Assembly: GCA_027925325.1 (NCBI GenBank)
Contig: AP027133.1
Location: 1 to 32,000 of the forward strand
Length of the DNA: 32,000 nt
Source of the DNA: Candidatus Saccharimonadota bacterium
GTDB lineage: Bacteria; Bacillota_I; Bacilli_A; Mycoplasmatales; Hepatoplasmataceae
Direction of reading: 5' to 3'
Shown here: positions 1 to 7,466 of the stretch, piece after piece
How the letters are laid out: each line of letters begins with the position of its first letter
Numbering within the stretch: the stretch's first letter is position 1
The notes under the pieces: model-generated
The model's input: only the letters and a program-made list of their open reading frames with translations
The model's database searches: none
What the model was told of the DNA's origin: nothing
Position numbers and translations under genes: made by a program

Positions 1-14
1 AAAATGTTAATAAC

Positions 15-63
15 TTTTCCACATCATTGTGGAAAACTCAAAAATAATTAGAAGTTTTCCACA
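15..63. promoter_or_regulatory. Cluster of three DnaA boxes upstream of dnaA (oriC, upstream part; dnaA promoter region)
   Basis: TTTTCCACA at 15..23 and 55..63, and TGTGGAAAA (its reverse complement) at 28..36. Each differs from the TTATCCACA consensus at one position. Boxes 1 and 2 form a 9-bp inverted pair with a 4-nt spacer. TATAAT at 81..86 lies 17 nt after box 3, so box 3 sits where a -35 element would be. Confidence 0.8.
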
Positions 64-100
64 ATTAAAAGAATGTTTATTATAATTTTTATATATTAAT

Positions 101-1465
101 ATGGATGTAAAAAATTTAGAAAAAACCTGAAAGGAAATTTACTCCTCCGCTAATATCGATGAAGACTGAAGATATAATTTTTTTAAATTAATTGAAAGCA
201 GTTCAGAATTAGCTGAAATAGATCAAAATGATAATCGAATTTTCGTTACTGTAAATGCTATATTTGAAAAGCAAATTATAAATGATAATTTTTATAGTTT
301 TTTATTAGATAGTATAAAAAAGAAAATAGGGGAAGATTATAAACTTACAATAATCACAAAAAAAGAATACGAAGATTTAAAAGAAAAAAAAGAAACAAAT
401 AATTTTGTAAAAGAGGATATTAGTGATTCTTTAAATAAAAAATTCACTTTTGATAGTTTTGTAGTATCTGATCGGAATGTTTTATTATATAAAGCAGCAA
501 TGGCAATTGCTTTATCTAATGATTTTAGCACATTAAATTGAAATCCTTTTTTTATACATGGGAAAAGCGGACTAGGTAAAACTCATATTCTCCATTCTAT
601 TGGAAATGAAATTAAAAAAAATTTTTCAGAGAAACAAATAAAATATATTGAAGCAAAAGATTTTGGTAATATTGTTATTCATGCTTTTGAATCTGATGAT
701 ATTAATAAAAATATTCAAAATATCTTTAATGAATACTCAAAATATGATTGTTTACTAATTGATGATATTCAATTCATTCAATCTAGAAAGAAAACAAAAG
801 AAATATTTTTTAATATTTTTAATTTTTTTATTAATAATAATAAACAAATCGTTGTTACATCTGATCAAGATCCAAAAGAATTAAAGGATTTTGAAGAAAG
901 ATTTATCACAAGATTTAAAGGAGGATTAACTGTTAGAATTTATCCCCCTGATCAAAAAACAACCGAGGAAATATTAAAATTAAAGATAAGAAAAAATGAA
1001 AAATTAGATATTAATAAATTTACGAATGAATCTATTAAGTGAATTGCAAATAATTTTGGCGAAAATGTAAGATTTTTGGAAGGAGCTTTAAATAGATTAA
1101 TATTATATGTAATAAATAGTGAAAATGATGAAAAAATAAATGTAAATTTTATCTCAGAAATATTTGAAGATCTAAATATTGAAGAAAAATCTTCATTTGA
1201 TTCAATCATTAATCTTGTAGCAAAAAAATATGGAATAAATCAAAAAGATATACTAAGTAAATCGAGAAAAAAAGATATTATAATCGCAAGAAATATTGCA
1301 ATTTTTTTAACAAGAGAAATTTTACATTATTCTTTGAAGGAAATAGGAAAAAGATTTAACAAAGATCATTCAACTATAATGTATGCAATAAATAAAATTG
1401 ATCAAAATTTAAGGAAAAACGAAGAATTTAAAAAAATTATCAATGAATTAAAATTAAATATATAA
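101..1465 (+). CDS. dnaA: Chromosomal replication initiator protein DnaA
   Basis: ATG at 101 to TAA at 1463..1465. In-frame TGA (Trp) at 128, 167, 539 and 1040. Walker A GKSGLGKTH, Walker B LLIDDIQF, and a C-terminal DNA-binding region (IIIARNIAIFLTRE...HSTIMYAINKI). The track only shows the last piece, 1076..1465. Confidence 0.97.
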
Positions 1466-1627
1466 ATTCAAGCTAATTTATTAAAATCTTTTCAACATTT
1501 AATTAACATCCTTTATTTAATGAAAGATAAGTAAAATAGCAACTTTTAATTTATTTTAAACATTTCCACATTATTAATAATAATATTAAATAAATAAATA
1601 TAATATATTTATATATTAAGGATAAAA
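1466..1627. promoter_or_regulatory. dnaA-dnaN intergenic region: second oriC module (DnaA box plus AT-rich unwinding region)
   Basis: ATTTCCACA at 1562..1570 and a weaker TTTTCAACA at 1489..1497. They are followed by about 47 nt of pure A/T (1571..1617) just before the dnaN RBS. A bipartite oriC flanking dnaA is the usual Firmicute/Mollicute layout. Confidence 0.65.
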
Positions 1628-2755
1628 ATGAAATTTAAAATAAATAGTTTAAATTTAAAAAAATTATCAAAAATTTTTGCAAATATTTCATATAACAATA
1701 ATTATTTAGTAGAAATGAATGGAATTTTATTTGAAATTAAAAAAGATAGTATATTTATTGAAGCAAGAAATACTTATATAAGTTTAAAATATACATTAAA
1801 TGAAGATATAGAAATTATAAAAGAAGGAATTTTTTTAATAAAAGCTAAATTATTAAATGAAGTAATATCAAAATTAGAAAATAATGAAACTATTACTTTC
1901 AATAAAATTGAAGAAAATTTAATTACAATTAAATCTAAAAATTCATATTATGAAATAAATTTGATGAATTATAAGAAATATCAAAAAGAAAAATTTATTT
2001 CAGATCAAAATTATCAAGAAGTTTTAATAAATAATTTTTACTTTAAAAAATTAATTGAATCTGTTATTTTTGCTGGTGATGAAAGATCAAATCGAAAAAT
2101 ATTGCAAGGAATAAATCTTAAAATTGAAGATAATAAAATTAAACTTTTAGCATCAGATAATGTAAGAATTGCTTTTAATGAGCAAAAAATAAATTACTCA
2201 GAGCAGAAAATTAATAAAATAGTTCCAATTAGAGCAATTAGAGAATATTTAAAATTAATTAATGAATCTGAGGAAATTAAATTAAAATTTTTTGAAAATA
2301 AATTATTAATTATAAGTAATAATTTATTAATTCAAATTAATTTAATTGAAGGAATTTTTCCAAATTTAGAAAAAGTATTTTTAGATCAAAATAAACAAAA
2401 ATTAACAATTAAAAAAGATTTAATGTTATCACTTTTAGATCGAGCTCTTCCGTTAGTTTTAAATAAAGAATCCAATAATACGATTATCACACTTAAAATT
2501 TTGCAAAAAAATTTAATTATAGAATCTAACGAAAGTGAAATTGGGTCATCAAAAATAGAGACAAATGATTTTAAATTTGATGGAGAAAATGAATTTACAA
2601 TTCATTTTAATCCGCGTTTAGTAAAGGAAGCGATAATCAAATTAGAAAACGTAAATATTACTCTAGATTTTAATTCATCCGAGCATCCTTTTATTATGAA
2701 AAATGATCAACAAGAAAATAAATTTAGATGCTTAATCTTACCATTTAGAATTTAA
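1628..2755 (+). CDS. dnaN: DNA polymerase III beta sliding clamp
   Basis: Uninterrupted 375-aa ORF directly after dnaA with AAGGA before the ATG. Length, three-domain-sized repeat feel and C-terminal ...PFIMKND...CLILPFRI are typical of DnaN. Confidence 0.93.
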   Translation: MKFKINSLNLKKLSKIFANISYNNNYLVEMNGILFEIKKDSIFIEARNTYISLKYTLNEDIEIIKEGIFLIKAKLLNEVISKLENNETITFNKIEENLITIKSKNSYYEINLMNYKKYQKEKFISDQNYQEVLINNFYFKKLIESVIFAGDERSNRKILQGINLKIEDNKIKLLASDNVRIAFNEQKINYSEQKINKIVPIRAIREYLKLINESEEIKLKFFENKLLIISNNLLIQINLIEGIFPNLEKVFLDQNKQKLTIKKDLMLSLLDRALPLVLNKESNNTIITLKILQKNLIIESNESEIGSSKIETNDFKFDGENEFTIHFNPRLVKEAIIKLENVNITLDFNSSEHPFIMKNDQQENKFRCLILPFRI

Positions 2756-3564
2756 AGTTGATTTATCTTTAAATCTCTTATTTTTGTTTTAAAATCAGTA
2801 TTTAAATCTGAGTTTATTTCGATCATCATTTCTCTTTTTATTTCACTCATTCAATTTTCGACTTCTTCTTCAATTCTTTTTCTTAATTTAAAAATTTTTT
2901 GATCACAATTTGCTAATTTTAAATTATTACTATTTATTTTAATTTTTAAATTTTTTGCCTCTGTATTTAGAAAATTAAATCTATTTAAATATTTTTCGAA
3001 TCCATCAAAATCTATTTTGATGGTAGGAAATGTTTTTAATTTTTCATAAAATTGCTCAAATTCAATTACAAATTGCTTTTTATTATCTTTAAATTCATTT
3101 GTTATTTCTTTTAAATCATTTTTAGTTTCAGCAATTCTCTTCTCTTTTGTTATTAGATTAATTCTTTTCCTTTTCATAAAAATATCATTTAAATTTAATA
3201 TTTTTAATTTGTTGACCATATTTTGAAGCGAAATATTTATTTCATCTAATTTTTCTTGATAATTGTATTTATTTTCAATTTCTTTTTTTGTTTTCAAAAT
3301 ATTTTCTTTTACAATCTTTATTTCTTCGTTATATTTATTTAAAAGATTATATTCTTGAATTATTTTATTATCACGAAAATTTCTTTCTTGTAATAAAATT
3401 TCATTTTCTTTTAAACTTTCATTCAAAATTTTAAAAAGTGATCGCAATTCCTTATTGTTAGGAAATTGCAAATTACTTAAAATATTTTGAATACTTGCTG
3501 TTGAAATTATTGTTTGTTTTTTTACTTTTTCGTTTTTGTTAACTTTTAAGTTTTCTTTTTTCAT
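2752..3564 (-). CDS. Hypothetical coiled-coil protein (K/E/N/I-rich, no TM segment or signal peptide seen)
   Basis: Track ORF 2851..3564 ends at a TGA. Read as Trp, the frame continues ...EEVEN-W-MSEIKREMMIEINSDLNTDFKTKIRDLKINQL to TAA (complement of 2752..2754). It is heptad-like and charged throughout. No family recognised. Confidence 0.7.
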
Positions 3565-3616
3565 TTTAATCCCTTTTATTTGGTTATTAAATTTATTATA
3601 TTATTTTGTCATTAAT

Positions 3617-3642
3617 TCATTTACTATCGTAAATGATTTTTT
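3617..3642 (+). promoter_or_regulatory. Perfect 8-4-8 inverted repeat plus T6 in the divergent region upstream of the PTS gene (operator or leader hairpin)
   Basis: TCATTTAC (3617..3624), tatc, GTAAATGA (3629..3636), then TTTTTT (3637..3642). TATAAT at 3652..3657. The PTS ATG is at 3704. Confidence 0.3.
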
Positions 3643-3703
3643 ATAAAGATTTATAATTAAATTGCATTTAACGTTGGATTAAAAGATTTAGTAAGAGGGA
3701 TTT

Positions 3704-5575
3704 ATGAATAAAAAAGAATCAGAAAAATCAAAGTTAATTGAGAAGACCGAGATAAAAGAAGTTAATAAAAAAGAAAAATTTTCCTTTTTATCTTTTTTGC
3801 AAAAAATTGGTAAATCGTTGGTATTTCCAATTGCTGTTCTTCCTGCTGCTGCATTAGCATTAAGAATTGGTGATGCAATAAGTAGTGCAGGAGAGCAGTA
3901 TTCTGCAATTTGATGATTTGGTTGAATTATAGAAACTCCAGGGTCGATTGTTTTTGATAATTTACCGATGATTTTTGGTGTTGGTGTTGCCTTTGGTCTT
4001 GCAAAGGATCATCGGGGAGAAGCGGCGATGGTCGGATTAATTGGCTATTTAGGATTGGTCGCTCTTGTTCAGAATGAGCATTCTTTGAGTTCGTTAATTT
4101 ATGATAATGTTCTTACAAAAGATGGATACTCGCAATTATTATATTATGTAACAGAGATTACAGATCCACTTACAGGAGAAACAGAAATTTATGCTACTTG
4201 ACTTTTAAATTTAGGTGTCTTTGGTGGAATTGCAATGGGTCTTATTGCAGCATGATTGTATAATAAATATTCTGATATTAAATTGCCCAAAGCATTAGGT
4301 TTTTTTAGTGGTAGAAGATTTGTGCCGATGGCGATGTTGCTTGTTGTTGTTGCCTTTTCTTTTTTAATGGCCATTATTTGACCTTGATTTCAATTGGCGC
4401 TTGTGGAATTAGCTTATGGTTTATTATATATTCCTTGATTAGGATCGGGAATATATGTAGGAATCAACCGATTATTAATTCCGACTGGATTACATCAAGT
4501 TTTAAATGTCTTTTTTTGATTTCAAATGCCTATTACTTGAGAAGGAAATCAAATTTTTATTTTACAAACAGGAATTGATGGATCACAGTCCTTTGTTCCA
4601 TTATTTGGTGATATTAATGCTTTTTTAGAAGCGGGATCAGATGTCACAATTATGATCCCTGGTGTAACTTCACCAGATGGAGTGAGTGGTGATGAAGCCT
4701 TTAAATATCTGCAAGAAGCAAATGTTGGGGCATTTCAAGTCGGATTTTTTCCAATTATGATGTTTGGACTTCCAGCTGTAGGGCTTGCAATTGCTAGTCA
4801 ATCTGAATCTGAGTATCGAAAAAGTGTTTATGCTTTTATGATATCAGCGGGAGCAGTTTCATTTTTAACAGGAATTACCGAACCTCTTGAATTTTCATTT
4901 ATGTTTGTTTCGCCTCTTCTTTATCTTTTTTATTCGATTTTATCAGGAATTGTTGCTTCGATTACCGTAGCAACAGGGGCTTCTTTTGGTTTTGGTTTTT
5001 CAGCAGGTGTAATTGACTTTGGATTATCAGTTCCTAATTCTTTAAATTTATCACATGGAATTTCAGAATATGCAAATGGATGGGGGGGGGTTATTAATGT
5101 TCTTTTAATTGGCCTTATCGTCGCCCCTATTTATTATTTTATGACTATTTTTATGATCAAAAAATTTAACTTAGCAACACCAGGAAGAGGAGGCAATGTT
5201 TCTGGAATTGTAGATTTAGAAAATGAGAATGAAGAAAAAAAGATTAGTAATAAAGAAGATAAATATTTTAAAATGGCAATAGAAACAATAAAAATAGTAG
5301 GAAAAGATAATATCACAGATGTTGATAATTGTATTACAAGACTTAGATTATCGGTAAGGGATAATTCAAAAGTAAAAAAAGAAGATGCGATAAAAATCGG
5401 TTACACCGGTTTGATATCGCCCGGTAAAAAAGCTTTACAATTTATCATTGGCCCAGAATCAGAGATAATTGCTAAAAATATTAAGCAAATTTTTGATGAT
5501 TGGCAAAAGTATCAAGATTATTTTGTCGAGCAAAAACAAAAAAACAGTGAAGGTAAAAATAAGGAAAATGATTAG
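3704..5575 (+). CDS. PTS transporter subunit EIICB, glucose/N-acetylglucosamine family (no EIIA domain)
   Basis: RBS AAGAGGGA then ATG 3704. Track pieces 3704.., 3968.. and 4652..5575 share one frame and are joined through TGA-Trp codons. EIIC motifs are present (FPIAVLPAAALAL, GVGVAFGLA, TGLHQVLNVFFW). The C-terminal EIIB has the phosphocysteine motif DNCITRLRLSV. It overlaps nagA, suggesting GlcNAc specificity. Confidence 0.9.
5082..5090 (+). repeat. G9 homopolymer inside the PTS EIIC coding region
   Basis: Sequence aatgga-t-ggggggggg-tt encodes N-G-W-G-G-V (GGA TGG GGG GGG GTT). It is the longest G or C run I saw in the window. Confidence 0.95.
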
Positions 5576-6692
5576 TATAAGAGGTTATGATTATAATTTA
5601 CGAAAAATAGAGGTTTTAATTGAGCGAGAAAAAATTTTTAAGGTTAATTATTTAGATCAAAATGAAAAGGTGCGAAATAGATATATTATCCCTGGTTTTA
5701 TTGAAATTCATTCTCATGGTGGATATAATTTTGATTTTGTTTCAGGGGAGCAAAAAAAATTATTATTATTCTTAAATAAAATTGCTTTAAAAGAAGGAAC
5801 AACATCAATTTGTGGGACGACAATTACGACAGATTTTGCAAAAATTAGAAATACTTTTAAAAATTTAAGCCCATATATTAATAAAAAAAATAATGGGGCC
5901 AATTTCATTGGTTGACATATGGAAGGACCTTTTATTAGTAAAATAAAAAAAGGTGCACATCCTATCAATCAGATAATTGATCCGACAATTTTAAATATTA
6001 ATCAATATTTAAAGGATTATTTTGAACAAGTTAAGATAATTACTGTCGCTCCAGAATTGACTTCAAAGCAATCTCTTTTATATTTAAAAAAGAAAAATAT
6101 TATTGTTTCAGCTGGACATATGAATGCTAATAAAAATCAATTTTTAGAAAAAGAAAAATACGGAATTAAATCGATTACGCACTTTAATAATGCCATGCAA
6201 AAAAATGAAAATATCGATGATAATAGTTTATCGGAATATATTTTAAATAATGATCAATTATATATTGAATTTATCAATGATCGAATTCACAATTCAAAAA
6301 AATTAGCTGATAAAATTCATAAAATAAAAGCAAAAGATAAAATTATGCTAGTAACTGATTCATTGCAAATTAAAGGGTTAAAAAATGGAGTTTATCATGG
6401 ACCAAATGGTGATATTGTAAAACGAAATGGAGCAGCTTGATTTAAAAATAAAACATTGAATGGATCTTGTTATTCAATGCATAAAGGATTTAAAGATTGA
6501 ATAAAATATCAAAAAGGATCAATTAAAGAAGCAATCAACGTTACGTCAACAAATCAAGCAAGATTATTAAATTTAAAAAAAGGAGAGATTAAAGAGGGTT
6601 ATGATGCTGATATTTTAAGTTTAAATTTCAAATTTAAAATTAAAGAAGTTTATGTAATGGGGAATAAAATTTTGGAGAATAAATGAAAATAA
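5568..6692 (+). CDS. nagA: N-acetylglucosamine-6-phosphate deacetylase
   Basis: ATG 5568 after AAGGAAA, overlapping the PTS stop by 8 nt. Pieces 5469..5915 and 5919..6440 plus the tail are in one frame. Motifs IEIHSHGG, GWHMEGPF...KGAH, VSAGHMNA, THFNNAM and LVTDS. The frame reads through TGA 6684 to TAA 6690..6692. Confidence 0.92.
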
Positions 6693-7366
6693 TAAGTGGA
6701 TCTAAAATAAAATTGGAGCAGACAATTGCGCAAAAAATTATCCAAATTATAAATAATAAAAGTAATGCCAAACTTTTATTAGCAACAGGTGATTCACCGG
6801 TTGGAATATACAAAAATTTAATTAATTATTATCAAGATAATAAAGTTTCTTTTAATAATGTAATTACTTTTAATTTAGATGAATACATTGAATCAGATAA
6901 ATATTATATTGATTCCTTTGCTAATTTTATGAAACATAAATTATTTGATTATATTGATATAAAAAAAGAAAACACTTTTTTTCCGGAAGGAATAACAGAA
7001 TATAATCAAAAATTAGATAAAATTGATTACTTTGATTTTACAATTCTTGGTGTCGGTCAAAATGGTCATATAGCTTTTAATGAACCGGGAAGTAAAATTA
7101 CTGATCGTACTAAAATAGTTAATTTAACACAATCAACAATAATGGCAAATTTTTCAAATCGAACAGATTATCCGAAAAAGGCAATTACAATGGGAATAAG
7201 AGATATTCTTAAAAAATCTAAATTGATTTATGTTGTAGCTTGAGGAGAGAAAAAAAGAGCACCAATTGAAAAATTATTAAAAAAAGAAATTGATCAAAAT
7301 TGTCCTGTTACATATCTTTTAAAACATAAAAATACCATTTTATTCACTGATCTTGATATATTTTAA
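6683..7366 (+). CDS. nagB: Glucosamine-6-phosphate deaminase
   Basis: ATG 6683 overlaps the nagA end by 10 nt. Motifs LATGDSP, NLDEY and GVGQNGHIAFNEPGS. The frame continues through TGA 7241 to TAA 7364..7366. Confidence 0.93.
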
Positions 7367-7394
7367 AATTAATATTTATTTCCATTTTTTAAAT

Positions 7395-7424
7395 AAGGAT
7401 TAATTATAATTAATCCTTTTATTA
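7395..7424 (+). terminator. Rho-independent terminator after the nag operon
   Basis: Perfect 24-nt palindrome AAGGATTAATTATAATTAATCCTT (7395..7418) running into TTTTATT, 29 nt after the nagB stop. Confidence 0.75.
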
Positions 7425-7466
7425 TAATTTAACAAATAAGAGTACTAGTACTATAGGAGGACTAAT

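Noticed and set aside
337-1209. Minus-strand ORFs 337..531 and 952..1209 inside dnaA. Similar antisense ORFs occur at 4189..4374, 5134..5316, 5714..5968, 10408..10614, 11364..11621, 15150..15389, 18343..18531 and 18715..18903.
   Set aside because: Each lies fully inside a well-supported + strand gene. Their compositions are low-complexity F/L/I/S/K-rich, typical of the antisense of AT-rich coding DNA. None has an RBS or a recognisable motif.
4378-4578. Plus-strand ORFs 4378..4578 (inside the PTS gene) and 19607..19840 (inside the permease gene) in alternative frames.
   Set aside because: They are out of frame with the continuous, motif-bearing reading frames of the host genes and have implausible Cys/Asn/Phe-rich sequences.
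5568-6692. Whether nagA/nagB are degenerate remnants, since sugar catabolism is often lost in Mollicutes.
   Set aside because: The motifs I recognise are present (NagA: HSH, EGPF, AGH, THFNNAM, TDS; NagB: GDSP, LDEY, GQNGHIAFNEPGS). The three genes are translationally coupled, which fits a functional operon.
7441-7452. 12-bp perfect palindrome AGTACTAGTACT between the putative -10 and the RBS of the DUF262 gene, a possible C-protein-like operator.
   Set aside because: 12-bp palindromes are expected tens of times by chance in 32 kb at this composition. No second copy or regulator gene is nearby. It is kept only as a note for anyone mapping this promoter.
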